From the NCBI GenBank assembly GCA_963803435.1, contig CAWDML010000001.1:960001-1024000 (forward strand): a stretch of 64,000 nt of DNA, read 5' to 3'. Positions within the stretch are counted from its first letter, which is position 1. Every line of letters begins with the position of its first letter. A program made the translations under genes and the position numbers. Shown one piece after another: positions 29,234-39,719 of this stretch. The notes under the pieces are model-generated. The model made no database searches. It was not told where the DNA came from and worked only from the letters and a program-made list of their open reading frames with translations. Source of the stretch: an uncultured delta proteobacterium. GTDB taxonomy: Bacteria; Myxococcota; Kuafuiibacteriia; Kuafuiibacteriales; Kuafuiibacteriaceae.

Positions 29234-29922
29234 CAAACCTCCGATGGGACCGCGCACGTGCTCGACGCGCGGCGGGGCCAGGTGTTCCAGACCGATGCCG
29301 CCAGTAGTGAGGCGACACCGAAATACATGACGGCGTCGCTGTGAGCGCCGAACTTTCCGATCAGCACGAGAGCAGCGCTCCCGCTCCCGAGCAGCAGCGG
29401 GCCGTAACCTCGGCGCGTCTTTGCGCGATACCCCAGCGCGCCCAGCGCGAGCAGCAGAAAGCCGGCGATCAGCGGCAGCAGGTACGCGGCCTCGAGGAGA
29501 AAGCCGAGGCCCATGGATCCCGCCAGACCTGCGTACGCGGGCCAGCACGCGGGGCAGGCGACGTTCGGGAGGAGCGAGCTCCCCACCGCAGGAAGCGTGG
29601 CGAGCCACATCCTCGAGCGCCGCGGTCGTAACAATGCAGCCGCGATCGCCTGTGCGGAAGGCGCCGGGCGCGTCGCGGTCCCGTCGCGATAGATCCGGCA
29701 CGATGCGCCTGCCGGTGCTTCACCCGGCTCGCTGACGTCGAGACCGTCGACGAGGATGGTCGGCGATCCCAGACCGCGCACCCGGGCAGGCGCCCTCGGA
29801 TCGAGGACGTTCCACTCCTTCCAGCGCGCGCGACGCTTCAGCTGGGCGAAGGCCCGAGAGAGCTCGGCTCGGGCCTCACCGATGTTGGGACAGCTCGGTT
29901 CGTAGACCAGCTCGACCTTCAT
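29233..29922 (-). CDS. merC: Thioredoxin-fold (DUF2703-like) domain fused to a MerC-type mercury transporter
   Basis: N-terminal ELVYEPSCPN..GSPTILVDGLDV..SCRIY; C-terminal ACPACWPAYAGLAGSMGLGFL plus TM helices. Confidence 0.75.
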   Translation of the reverse strand: MKVELVYEPSCPNIGEARAELSRAFAQLKRRARWKEWNVLDPRAPARVRGLGSPTILVDGLDVSEPGEAPAGASCRIYRDGTATRPAPSAQAIAAALLRPRRSRMWLATLPAVGSSLLPNVACPACWPAYAGLAGSMGLGFLLEAAYLLPLIAGFLLLALGALGYRAKTRRGYGPLLLGSGSAALVLIGKFGAHSDAVMYFGVASLLAASVWNTWPRRASSTCAVPSEV

Positions 29923-29923
29923 C

Positions 29924-30343
29924 TCAGGCCCCCCGATCCAGCTCTTCGAGGATCGGACACTCGCTCGTGGGACCTCGACCGCGGCACTTGTTGGCGAGCC
30001 CCTCGAGCGCCGTCTTCATCTCTTCCAGGCTGGCGATCCGCTGCTCGATGTCGCGGATCTTGGCACGCGCCTGCTCACGCACGTCGCCGCATCCGGAGTT
30101 GGGATCGACGCGCAGCTCGAGCAGCTCCTGGATCTCTTTCAGCGTGAAGCCGAGGTCCTTCGCGCGCCGGATGAACTGCACCCGGCGGACGGCGTCCGTC
30201 GAATACTGGCGGTAGCCCGACGCGCGGCGCGCCGGCTCTGCGATCAGGCCTTCGCGCTCGTAGAACCGGATCGTCTCCACGCCCACACCGGCACGCCGGG
30301 CGAGCTGCCCGATGGTGAGCGCGTGCTGCGCTTCCCCGCTCAT
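29924..30343 (-). CDS. merR: MerR-family heavy-metal (Hg-type) transcriptional regulator
   Basis: LTIGQLARRAGVGVETIRFYEREGL, GFTLKEI; three Cys (CGDV, KC, CPILEEL) at the positions of the Hg-binding triad. Confidence 0.9.
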   Translation of the reverse strand: MSGEAQHALTIGQLARRAGVGVETIRFYEREGLIAEPARRASGYRQYSTDAVRRVQFIRRAKDLGFTLKEIQELLELRVDPNSGCGDVREQARAKIRDIEQRIASLEEMKTALEGLANKCRGRGPTSECPILEELDRGA

Positions 30344-30360
30344 CGTCCGCAGTTTCCACC

Positions 30361-30382
30361 CCGTACCCAGGTACGGAGTCAA
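30361..30382 (-). promoter_or_regulatory. MerR operator/promoter TTGACT-CCGTAC-N4-GTACGG
   Basis: Nearly identical to the Tn21/Tn501 mer -35 and dyad (TTGACTCCGTACATGAGTACGG). Confidence 0.9.
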
Positions 30383-30599
30383 CCGTCCATCGTCGGTGTC
30401 TCGCTGACCCCCGCGATCGCGCGGTTCCGTCGTGCGAACCGCGGCCTACCTCCGGACCCGAGAGCGGCCGGCCCGCAGCTCGCCGACTTGATCGCGGCCC
30501 AGATCGGACAGCACCCAGTGGTTGGACGGGTTCCACAACAGGAGGATCCTCGGACCGCTGGGCAACGTCGCGTGGCCCATCGTCCACGGCGTGCGAGAC

Positions 30600-30626
30600 G
30601 CAACTGCGCGTCCCCGCGGTCGATAC
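30600..30626 (+). promoter_or_regulatory. Candidate sigma28-type promoter GCAA-N15-GTCGATAC (leaderless)
   Basis: The -10 ends 6 nt before ATG 30633 and no RBS is present. Confidence 0.35.
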
Positions 30627-30632
30627 CACCTC

Positions 30633-32409
30633 ATGGTCGCGCGCACCTCCGGCCTCTCCTGGGGCGCCGCGACTCCACGCCCGCTCGGGGCCACGGAGAC
30701 CGATGCTCGCCGATCGGCCGCGCGCCTCCTCGAGCCGGCGCCACCGCCTCGAACGGATCCCGCGGACCGGCCGACCGCGCCGACCCGGATCGTGGGCGCG
30801 CTCCGTCCTTGGGAGGTCCGTACCGAGAACGCGGCGGTGCTCGATCGCCACCAGAGCGCGCTGGCTTCGATGATGGAGGTGCGCGCGTCGTCCAGCTCGC
30901 CGGCGTCGCCGACCGCGCTGTACCTGTCGTTCGAGCCGGGCGGCGATCTGTTCACCAACGAGCCGGGGCTGAGCGAGCTGGTGCGCGGGCTGGGCGTGTC
31001 GGGCGGCGCCACCGTCGGCGCGTCGGGCGGCGTCCTCGACGTGGGTTCGCTCGCCGGCGCGGAGCTGATCGTCTGCGTCGACGCGTCCGCTGCGGTGGTC
31101 GATCAGGTGGTCGTCACCGCCGCCATCCTGCTCGCGGTCGACCGGATGGTGGTCGAGCAGGACCTCGATGACGACCGCCGCGTCGAGGAGGTGAGGCGGC
31201 GGCTCGGCGGCGTCGACGAGGCCACCATCGCCTCCACGATCCGCGAGCTGGGGGCGCTCGGGCTTCCGACCGACGATCCGCTGTTCGATCTGCGCAGGAC
31301 GTTGGCAGGGGTGGCGTCGGAGTTTCGCGCCTCGAAGAAGGAGTCGTGGTCCAACGCGCCCGATCGCGCCGCGCGCACGCGTCACCTCACCGAGCTGGCG
31401 GCCGCCGGAAAGCTGCTGGCGTTCCGCGCCGATCTCGCGGAGCCCGACGTCGTCGATCGGATCAACGCGCTCCTCGATCGCCACCGGACCGAGGCTCGGA
31501 TGGTGCACCTCACCAACGTGCTCGACTACATCCCGCAGCTCGGCGCGGCGATGCGCGCGCTGGGCGCCCTCCGCATGACGCCCGACGCGATTCTGACCAC
31601 CTCGACCGCGCACCTGAGCGACGCGATCGCGGCCTCGAACGGCGCAGTACCGGAGCTGGGAACGCTCGCACGTCCGGCCGCCCACTCGGCGCTCGCCTGG
31701 CTGGGCCCCGAGGGACACGGCCAGACGCTCGCCCGGATCGCGTGGAGCGACCCGGCGCACCGGGCGAAGCTGTGGAAGTTCGTGCAGGGGCTGTTTCATC
31801 CGGTGGCGCGTGCCGAGGTCCCGAACAGCGAGGCGGAGCTCTCGGAGGCGCTCGCCGAGGCCGGCGAGCGGCTCTTCGGCGATCCGGAGGTGGCGCGGGC
31901 CCGCCTCGAGGAGCTCATGGAGCGGAGCGGGATGCTCTCGGGGATGCGCACCGTCGAGCCCGAGCTTCCGCCGCTCCCGGCCCCGGCGTGCCTCCAGGAT
32001 CTGGCGCGGATCCCGGCCGAGTACGAGCGCGCGTTCTGGACCACCGCGCGGGCGCTCGAGGGCGTCGCGTCGGCCGGGCAGGGCGCCGACGCCGGCTGGC
32101 TCGGCGATTCTGACGCCGTACGTCGCGGGCGTCCGCTCGTACGCGGACCTGCAGCGGGCCCGCGGGCGCATCGAGGAGGCGATGGCCGAGGCGTATCCGA
32201 CCTGGTCAACCGCACAGCGCCGCCAGATGCTGGAGCGGGCGCTGGAGCTGCGACTGCGATCGCCGCTCGCGGAGGCTCCCGGCTTCGATCCCGCGGAGCT
32301 GGACCACGACGTGGAGCGCGCCCGCACCTTCGAGGAGATGGGCAAGATCGGCTACCAGCGCTACCTCACGCTGGTCGGTCGGCGCGGCTCGGCGCTCTCG
32401 GCTCTGTAA
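30633..32409 (+). CDS. Hypothetical protein with SAM-methyltransferase-like (DUF3419/LIC_10091-like) domain; frameshift near 32103
   Basis: FTNEP..GATVGASGG..IVCVD..RADL..MVHLTNVLDY; the C-terminus continues in the 31810..32409 frame. Confidence 0.55.
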
Positions 32410-32604
32410 CCCGCCGGGGTCGGATCGATGTCGAAGTCGTCGAGCAGCGGGACGTCCAACTTCCGCCCTCGCGAGGGACGACCGGCAGCGAACCCAGCGA
32501 CGTCCTCCGAAGCTCTCCAGCTTCTGAATGTTTGGCGTCGAAGGTGATCGCGCGCCAGTCCGCGGCCACCGCCTCGGCGGTCACCAAGCCGAAGCATCCC
32601 CGCC

Positions 32605-33276
32605 TCAGACATCGTGGGCTCCCGGCGCGATCGGCCGCCGGCCACGCACGTAGAATCCGAGGTGCTGGCCCCGGAAGTTGAGATAGAAGCAGCGCGGCTC
32701 GAGCCCGCGCTCCTGGGCCTGCTCGAGCAGCCACGAGAACCAGTTCTTCCCGATGGGCGGAGTGGCAGGCTCGTCGATCACGCAGCAGGGGACGACGACA
32801 CAGCTACTCCCGGCCGCCTGCACGGTGTCGAGGATGGCGAGGTTGGTACCGTGGGAGTGGAGCCCGACCAGGAGATCGAAGCGCTCGCCCCGCGCGCGCG
32901 TAAACGGCGCCGCCACGCGCCGGACCGACTGCTCCGGTCCCAGGCGAACCCGCCGATCCGCGGTGAGGTCGCGGAACTTCTCCGGCAGCGCCTGCGGATG
33001 CGGATCGATCACCGTCGCCTCGAAGCCGGACCGATCGAGCAAGAAGGCCAACAGACCCTTACCGCCGCCCACATCCCCGACGGTACAGGGTGGAAACGTA
33101 CCGTTGATCCACTCGGCGAGGAGTTGGAAGCGGAACTTCTTCATCCTCGGAAGATCGGCGCCCGACTTTCGCGTCTTGGCGATGCTTGGATCCACCAGGC
33201 CCAGCTCCGCCAGGCTCGGAGGGGCCGGGTACCTGTGGCGGTGTCCCGCAGCTTTGTCAGATGAACGGTGCTTCAC
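32605..33276 (-). CDS. Putative SAM-dependent methyltransferase
   Basis: VGDVGGGKGLLAF..VIDP..LLVGLHS..VVPCC. Confidence 0.7.
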   Translation of the reverse strand: MKHRSSDKAAGHRHRYPAPPSLAELGLVDPSIAKTRKSGADLPRMKKFRFQLLAEWINGTFPPCTVGDVGGGKGLLAFLLDRSGFEATVIDPHPQALPEKFRDLTADRRVRLGPEQSVRRVAAPFTRARGERFDLLVGLHSHGTNLAILDTVQAAGSSCVVVPCCVIDEPATPPIGKNWFSWLLEQAQERGLEPRCFYLNFRGQHLGFYVRGRRPIAPGAHDV

Positions 33277-33302
33277 AACGTTCCAGCCGACGCGCCTCTA
33301 GA

Positions 33303-33415
33303 ATGTCCGAAGTGGGCGACCGGGTCACGAGCGAGCTGATCCACGCCGACGTTCTCGAGATCGACGTCGCCGACCATTGCCACATGTCCTGCCGATCTGC
33401 TCGCTCTTCGCGGGC
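33303..33415 (+). pseudogene. Possible N-terminal remnant of a radical SAM gene
   Basis: LEIDVADHCHMSCR gives CxxxCxxC if one base is restored; it runs directly into the SDR 3' end. Confidence 0.35.
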
Positions 33416-33416
33416 C

Positions 33417-34133
33417 TCAGAGGCGGAAGCCGCCCGCCACCTCCAGGTTGATCCCGGTGACGTAGTCGGCGTCGAGGAGGAACTCGACCGCCTGGCTGAC
33501 GTCCTCGAGGCGGCCGGCGCGCCCCAGGGGGATGGCGGCGGCGAGATCGGGCGGGAGGTCGATCGAGCTCACCAGGTGACCGGGCGAGATCATGTTGGTG
33601 CGGATGCCGCGGCCCGCGTACGCCTTGGCCATCGAGCGGGTCAGGGTGAGCAAGCCGGACTTGCTCACGAAGTAGTCGACGGCGGACTCGTCGGCGCGAC
33701 AGCCGAGCCCGGAGGTACCGATGTTGAGGATCTGTCCACCGTCCGGCATCAAGCGCAGCGCGTGATACGACGCGTAGAAGGCGCCCGAGAGGTTGGCCGC
33801 CAGGCAGCTCTCCCACTCCTCCGGGGTCAGGTCGGTGAGGTGCTGCGGGTTGTAGTTGCCGACGTTGTTCACCAGCAGATCGACGCGTCCCTCCACGCGC
33901 CCGATGTCGGCGAAGGCGCGCTCGACCTGGGCGCGCACGCCCACGTCGGCCTGGAGGGCGCGCGCCGAGATCCCGGCAACCTCCAGCGCCTTCACCACCT
34001 CCGCCGCCTCGCCGTGCGACGAGCGATAGAGCACCACGATCCCGTAGCCGCGGGTCCCGAGCACCGAGCAGAGGTGCCGCCCCAGCCGCTTGGCGCCGCC
34101 GGTGACCACCGCGATGGAGCGCGCCTCGCTCAC
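33417..34133 (-). CDS. SDR oxidoreductase, pteridine reductase/FolM-like
   Basis: TGGAKRLG, VNNVG, YFVSK, YVTGINLEVAGG. Confidence 0.92.
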   Translation of the reverse strand: MSEARSIAVVTGGAKRLGRHLCSVLGTRGYGIVVLYRSSHGEAAEVVKALEVAGISARALQADVGVRAQVERAFADIGRVEGRVDLLVNNVGNYNPQHLTDLTPEEWESCLAANLSGAFYASYHALRLMPDGGQILNIGTSGLGCRADESAVDYFVSKSGLLTLTRSMAKAYAGRGIRTNMISPGHLVSSIDLPPDLAAAIPLGRAGRLEDVSQAVEFLLDADYVTGINLEVAGGFRL

Positions 34134-34321
34134 CGACCCTCCTCGGACTCCGGCTCGAGCCGTCGGCACGTCACCGAGACCCGCGCGCCGTCGGCGTCCA
34201 GCGACCGGCGGATCAACGCCGGGCCGCGGAGCGCCTCCTCGATGCGGACAGCCAGTAGCTGCACCAGCGCCCGAAAGCCGGCGTGCGCCTCCTCGGTCTC
34301 CTTCGCAGCCGTCACGATCAC
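34130..34321 (-). CDS. Small hypothetical protein
   Basis: GAGGAG RBS and GTGA coupling to the SDR. Confidence 0.45.
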   Translation of the reverse strand: MIVTAAKETEEAHAGFRALVQLLAVRIEEALRGPALIRRSLDADGARVSVTCRRLEPESEEGR

Positions 34322-34339
34322 CTCTCCTCAACAGTACCG

Positions 34340-34580
34340 CGAAACGGGGGTGGCGGTCCGCCCCGGAATACGGAGACCGAACAGGCGGCGAGAAGGATGC
34401 GGGCGCGAATGCGGCGGAGGATGCCCTCGTGGGAGATGGAGCCGATGTTCGCGTCACCCTCCGAAAGGACGATCACTCGGGTGCGGTCTCCCTTTCGCCG
34501 CATCCGCGCGGCTTGCCGGTAGGCGAGCTCCATTCCTGAGGCCATCGCCGTTCCACCTTCGGCCCTGAGCGAGAGCATCG
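34340..34580 (-). pseudogene. Fragment of a YfbK-like VWA domain
   Basis: GGTAMASGMELAYRQA..RVIVLSEGDANIG; no N- or C-terminal part. Confidence 0.65.
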
Positions 34581-34896
34581 CCCCTCGGATTCGGCGGGTG
34601 CCGGGCTCGGAGCAACGTCACCCGCTCTTCGGAATCATCGCTGACTCGATTGGTGATGCCGCAGGCGGATCCGGTTCCAGGGCGAGCTCGTCTTTCCTGG
34701 CCGGAACGATCATCCACAGCGACGATCGCATCGGTGCCCAAGAACCCGAACGGCACAACCTGAACAGCCCGGAGGCTGGGGCACATCGTCGGCACACGCT
34801 CGATCGAGCGATCGAGCGACAACTTCTTGGGCACAACGTGGGCAGCAAAACGACGACGGGCGGTCGACCTCTCGGCCAACCGCCCGCAATTCCGAG

Positions 34897-34970
<74 letters not shown>

Positions 34971-35013
34971 CCAGTTCGTTGCGGGGCGCAGTGTAGTCAG
35001 TCTCTACCCCAGG

Positions 35014-36163
35014 TCAATCCAAAAGTTTGGCCAGCATCTCGGCGGGGACGTTGGCGGCGCGCAGGACCTGCTCGGTGTGCTCGCCCAGATTCGGGGCCGG
35101 TGCGATCGCGGGGGTCGGTGCGCCGAGGGCGCTCCACTCGGAGATGCGGAGGGGGCTGCGGACCATGCCTTGGGGGTCGGTGGTGTGGCGCGCGCGGAAG
35201 TGGGGATCTTGCTCGGCTTCCTCGAAGGTGAGGATCGGCTCCACGCACGCTTCGACCTCGCGGAAGATGGAGGCCCACTCGTCGCGGGTCTTCTCGCGCA
35301 ACTTGGCTTGCACCTTGGCCTTGACCGCTTCGCCGGGCTCGCCGCCGTCGAGGGGGGAGGCGAGGAGCTCGGGGAGGTCGAGGGCGGTGACGAAGGCGGC
35401 CCAGAACTTGGGCTCGAGAGCGCCGACGGCGAGGTGGTGGTGGTCCTTGGTCTCGTAGATGCCGTAGCAGGGGCGGGAGCCGTCGAGCATCTCGTGGCCG
35501 CGGACGGGGGGCTGGCCGCCGTGGAGCGTGCCGAAGTAGGTGGCGGCGAAGGCCATGGAGGACTCGTGGAGGGAGACGTCGACGACCTTGCCGCGGCCGC
35601 TGCGGGTGCGCTCGAAGAGCGCGGCCAGGATGCCGGAGACGGCGATGAGGCTGCCGCCGACGTCGGCGACCTGGATGCCGGGAACGACGGGGCGGTCCGG
35701 CGGGCCGCAGACCGAGAGGGCGCCGGCGCGGGCGAGGTAGCCGATGTCGTGGCCGGCGCGATCGCGGTCGGGGCCGGTCAGGCCGAAGCCGGTGATGGCG
35801 CAGTAGATCAGGCGTGGGTTCGCGGTCATCAGGGCTTCGGGATCGAGGCCCAGGCGCGCGAGGACGCCGGGGCGGAAGGAGTCGACGAGGACGTCGCATC
35901 CATTGAGTAGAATACGGAGCGCCTCCACGGCCTCGGGCTTCTTGAGATCGAGCGTGACGCTCTTCTTGCCGCGGTTGACCTCACGGAAGATGCCGCCCAT
36001 CGGCGGATCGCCTTCGAGGGGCGGGAACCAGCGGGCGTAGTCGCCCCCGGCCGGGTCCTCCACCTTGATCACCTCGGCGCCGAGCTCGGCGAGGAGGCGG
36101 GTGGCATAGGGCCCCGGGAGGAGGCGCGTGGAGATCGAGGATGCGGACGCCGGCCAGCGGCAT
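35014..36163 (-). CDS. CaiB/BaiF (family III) CoA transferase; +1 frameshift near 36130
   Basis: MPLAGVRILDL|TRLLPGPYATRLLAELGAEVIKVE, NRGKKSVTLDLK, GHDIGY, PNLGEHT. Confidence 0.93.
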
Positions 36164-36498
36164 CAGCCGAGGATCTGCTGGAGCTTGAGGGCGAGCGACA
36201 TGTCACCCTTGATCTTGAGCTTGCCCTGCATGAACGCCATCTGGCCGTTGAGCTTGCCGTTCACCAGCGCGATGAAGTCGGTGGCCGTCATGGTGATCGT
36301 GACGCCTGGGTTGTCCATCGTCCCGCTCTTCACCTCGGCCGGGTTCTGGGTCAGATCGACGACCCACTTGCCGCCGCCGTCGCCCGTGAGATCGAACTGG
36401 TAGGACGCGGACTTGTTTTGTCCGGCGAGCTCCGGCTTCTTGGCGAGGCGCTCGGGGATGTGCTTCTCGAAGATGTCCTGCGGGGTCACGTCGCTCAT
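36163..36498 (-). CDS. SCP2 sterol-binding domain protein
   Basis: YQFDLTGDGGGKW..DFIALVNGKLNGQMAFMQGKLKIKGDMSLALKLQ. Confidence 0.95.
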   Translation of the reverse strand: MSDVTPQDIFEKHIPERLAKKPELAGQNKSASYQFDLTGDGGGKWVVDLTQNPAEVKSGTMDNPGVTITMTATDFIALVNGKLNGQMAFMQGKLKIKGDMSLALKLQQILG

Positions 36499-36667
36499 GA
36501 CTTTCCTTTCAACGCCCGCCGGTTGATTCTTCAATCAACGGGCGCCGGGACTCTGCCAAACCCTGGAGAGAGATGTCAAATTCGGCGGTGTTCGCGGGGA
36601 GACAAAGATGCGCGCGCTTTGACACCGAGGGTGTCGCTCCCTAACGTCTGGAGGGGAGCCCGTAGAG

Positions 36668-37604
36668 ATGGGTGAACGTCGGATCAGCATTTATGAGGTC
36701 GGGCTACGGGACGGACTGCAGAACGAGGCGGCCTTCGTCCCCACGCAGGACAAGATCGCCCTGGCCGACCTGCTGGCCGACGCCGGGCTGACCCGGATCG
36801 AGCTGACCAGCTTCGTCTCGCCCCGCTGGATCCCGCAGCTCGGGGATCACGATCGGGTCGCGGCCGACGTGAAGCGCCGTCCCGGCGTCCACTACAGCGC
36901 GCTGGTGCCGAATCGAAAGGGGCTCGAGGGCGCCCGGGCCGCCGGGCTCCGCGAGATCGCGATCTTCCTCTCCGCGACCGAGACCCACACCAAGAAGAAC
37001 ATCAACAAGACGATCGCCCAGGCGCTCGAGGTCCTCGGCGACGTCGCGCGCGCCGCGCTCGAGACGGGCATGCGGGTGCGCGGCTACATCTCGACGGTCT
37101 TCGGCTGTCCCTACGAAGGAAAGGTCGATCCGGGCAAGGTGCACGAGCTGCTCTTGCGGCTGCTGGACATGGGCGTGTACGAGGTCAGCCTCGGCGACAC
37201 GATCGGCGTCGGCAACCCGAAGCAGGTGCGCGACATGGTGAAGCGCCTCGAGGTCGACGTCCCGCTCGAAAAGCTTGCGCTCCACCTCCACGACACCCGG
37301 GGCGTGGCGCTGGCCAACGTCCTCGCCGGCCTCGACGCCGGCGTCAGCACCTTCGACTCCGCGTTCGGCGGCCTCGGCGGCTGCCCGTATGCGCCCGGCG
37401 CCTCGGGCAACCTGGCCACCGAAGATTCTGGTTTACCTGCTCGACGGCATGGGGTTCGAAAGCGGCGTCGAGCTCGATCGTCTCATCGTCGCTTCGGAGC
37501 GCGTCTCCGAGCTCGTCAATCGCACCCTCCCCTCCAAGGTCCTCCAGGCCGAGCTGGGCAGCCGCCGCCGCTCGGCCGAGCGATCCGCGAGGAACACCAG
37601 GTAG
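36668..37604 (+). CDS. hmgL: Hydroxymethylglutaryl-CoA lyase; +1 frameshift near 37427
   Basis: EVGLRDGLQNE, HLHDTRG, GGLGGCPYAPGASGNLATED|LVYLLDGMG. Confidence 0.93.
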
Positions 37605-39055
37605 TGCAAGGCATCCTGCTTCCGCTCTTGCTGCTGGCGCCGGGCGACGTCGCCGGCGACGCGATGCGCACCGCGGTGGTCGCGCGCTTCGCTCGACCCG
37701 ACCTCCACTTCTCGTCAGGTCCGACGGCGGCGATGATGCCGAGGTTCGTGTACGTCATCGACACCGGCCTCGACCTGCCCTTCCCTCCCTGGCAGACCGA
37801 GGCGGCGTACGCAGAGGCGTTCGAGATCGCGCGGAAAGGCTTCGAGGCGGAGCAGCCGGATCGAGTGCGCGTGCTGATGGTGTTCACCACCTTCGACGAT
37901 GGCGGCGTGAACCTCTTCTACGTGCCGCTCGCCAACGACGTCCTCGGGCTGGGCGAGACCAAGGGCGCGCAGATCTTCGACGATACGCCGGACTCGGGGC
38001 TCGAGGGCTACATCTGGATGGGCTCGTTCGCTCGCCTCGAAGAGGCCGGCGACGCCTACTTCCGGGAGGCGTTCCTCCACGAGATCGCGCACCGCTGGGG
38101 TGCCTACGCGTCGGTCTCCCGCGCGGACCTCGAGCCCGACGCGCTGCGCGGCCGCCAGGGCACGCATTGGTCGTTCCTCCTCGATCGCGAGAAGAGCCCG
38201 ATGGATGGCAACGATTGGGTCCGCCAGGGCACGTCGATGGTGACCGACTTCGCAGATCCGCCCGAGTTCGCGTTCAGCCCGCTCGATCTCTACATGATGG
38301 GTGTGCTGCCGCCGAGCGAGGTGCCTCCGTTCGATCTCGTGGTCGGCTTCTCGCGGGTGTCGCCTCCATCGCTGGTGGTCACGAAGGCGACGATTCCGGC
38401 TCACCGCAGCGGGGTCCCGGTGACGCTGTTCGACGCCGAGACCATCAGCGTCACCATCGACGACGTGATCGCCGGTTCGGGGAGTCGCTTTCCGCCGGCG
38501 ATCGATCGCCAGGTGGTCTGGCCCGTGGGCGTCGTGTTTCTCTCCAACGGCTTCACTGCTCCCAAGCTGAGCGACTTCCAGCGCCTCGATTGCCGGCTCA
38601 CCGAGCTCGCGCAGAGGTTCGAGGATGCGACCGGCGGGCGGATGATCCTGGATCTCGAGATCGCCGGCGCCGGGCGGCTCCCTCCCGGCTCGAGCTGCAC
38701 CTCGGTCGACGCCTGCGACCGCACGCTCTCGGACGCCTGCGCCTCGCCTCACGCGGGTGAGGGGCCCATCTGCACGCAAACCTGCGGCGCCGAGACGGAC
38801 TGCGGGCGCGGTGACTGCTGCAGCAACGGGATCTGTGCCCCCTCGCGCTACTGCGGCATCGGGCTGACGACGCGCGACGACGCGGGCATCGGCGACTCGA
38901 GCGGGGTCACGGATCCGCTCGCGACGCAGGAGAGCGGCGGGGCCTGCGGTTGCAGTGAGGCCCCTGCGCGCGGTGGATGGGGATGGTCGGTGTTGCTGCT
39001 GGCGATCGTCAGCCGTGCGATCCCGGTGCGCCGGAGCCGTAGGCGCCGGCGTTGA
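37604..39055 (+). CDS. Secreted zinc-metalloprotease-like protein with Cys-rich region and MYXO-CTERM tail
   Basis: GTG overlapping the hmgL stop; FLHEIAHRWG, HWS, FSPLDLYMMG; GACGCS, TM helix and RRSRRRR. Confidence 0.8.
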   Translation: MQGILLPLLLLAPGDVAGDAMRTAVVARFARPDLHFSSGPTAAMMPRFVYVIDTGLDLPFPPWQTEAAYAEAFEIARKGFEAEQPDRVRVLMVFTTFDDGGVNLFYVPLANDVLGLGETKGAQIFDDTPDSGLEGYIWMGSFARLEEAGDAYFREAFLHEIAHRWGAYASVSRADLEPDALRGRQGTHWSFLLDREKSPMDGNDWVRQGTSMVTDFADPPEFAFSPLDLYMMGVLPPSEVPPFDLVVGFSRVSPPSLVVTKATIPAHRSGVPVTLFDAETISVTIDDVIAGSGSRFPPAIDRQVVWPVGVVFLSNGFTAPKLSDFQRLDCRLTELAQRFEDATGGRMILDLEIAGAGRLPPGSSCTSVDACDRTLSDACASPHAGEGPICTQTCGAETDCGRGDCCSNGICAPSRYCGIGLTTRDDAGIGDSSGVTDPLATQESGGACGCSEAPARGGWGWSVLLLAIVSRAIPVRRSRRRRR

Positions 39056-39707
39056 CCTTGTGCGTGAAGTCGTTGACCGCGGCCCAGAGCTCGGGGAGCA
39101 GGTGCTCGCGCATTCCGTGCTTGAGCTGCTCGGCGGGCACGCCCTTGAGCGAGTCGACGAACGCGCCGATCTGTCGCTCCACCAGCCGAAAGTGGGCAAA
39201 CCGCCAGCTACGGAAGTGCTCGTCGAGCTCGAAGAGCGAGCGGAGGAGGACGTGGAGATCGTGGTGCAGGTCGGGCTCGTCGAGCACGTCGACGATCGTG
39301 ACCGCACGGCGGGCGAGCAGCGCCTTCACCTTGGGCCAGATGAGCTCGCCCATCCCGAGCAGCTGCTTGAAGCCCGGTGAGTCCTGACCCGAGCCCCGCC
39401 CGAGCGTGCGGCGGATCAGGACGTACTCCTTGGGCGCCATCTTCTCCAAGATCTCGAGCTGGCGGGTCAGGTGCTCCTCGATCATCGCGGCGCGTGCGAA
39501 CAGGTCGGCGGCGCGGTAGAGCTCGTCCTGCTCGATCAGCTCGACGCCGTGGCGGACGTCGTGCAAGGTGACTTGCATCCAGAGCTCGGCCGTCTGGTGC
39601 GTCACCTGGAAGAGCATCTCGTCGTGGGCGGCGAGGTTGTCCTTCCGCAGGAGCGCAAAGAGCTCGTCCGTCTTGATGTAGCGCTCGTACTCGCTCTTCT
39701 CGGCCAT
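39009..39707 (-). CDS. kynA: Tryptophan 2,3-dioxygenase family protein
   Basis: YERYIKTDEL, HDEMLFQVTHQTAELW, LGRGSGQDSPGF, WRFAHFRLVERQIG. Confidence 0.9.
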   Translation of the reverse strand: MAEKSEYERYIKTDELFALLRKDNLAAHDEMLFQVTHQTAELWMQVTLHDVRHGVELIEQDELYRAADLFARAAMIEEHLTRQLEILEKMAPKEYVLIRRTLGRGSGQDSPGFKQLLGMGELIWPKVKALLARRAVTIVDVLDEPDLHHDLHVLLRSLFELDEHFRSWRFAHFRLVERQIGAFVDSLKGVPAEQLKHGMREHLLPELWAAVNDFTHKVNAGAYGSGAPGSHG

Positions 39708-39719
39708 GCGGCCTCCCAT

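Noticed and set aside
36668-39055. 795-aa HMG-CoA lyase-metalloprotease fusion
   Set aside because: It results from a +1 indel near 37427. The lyase ends at 37604 in another frame and the second gene has its own start and hydrophobic leader.
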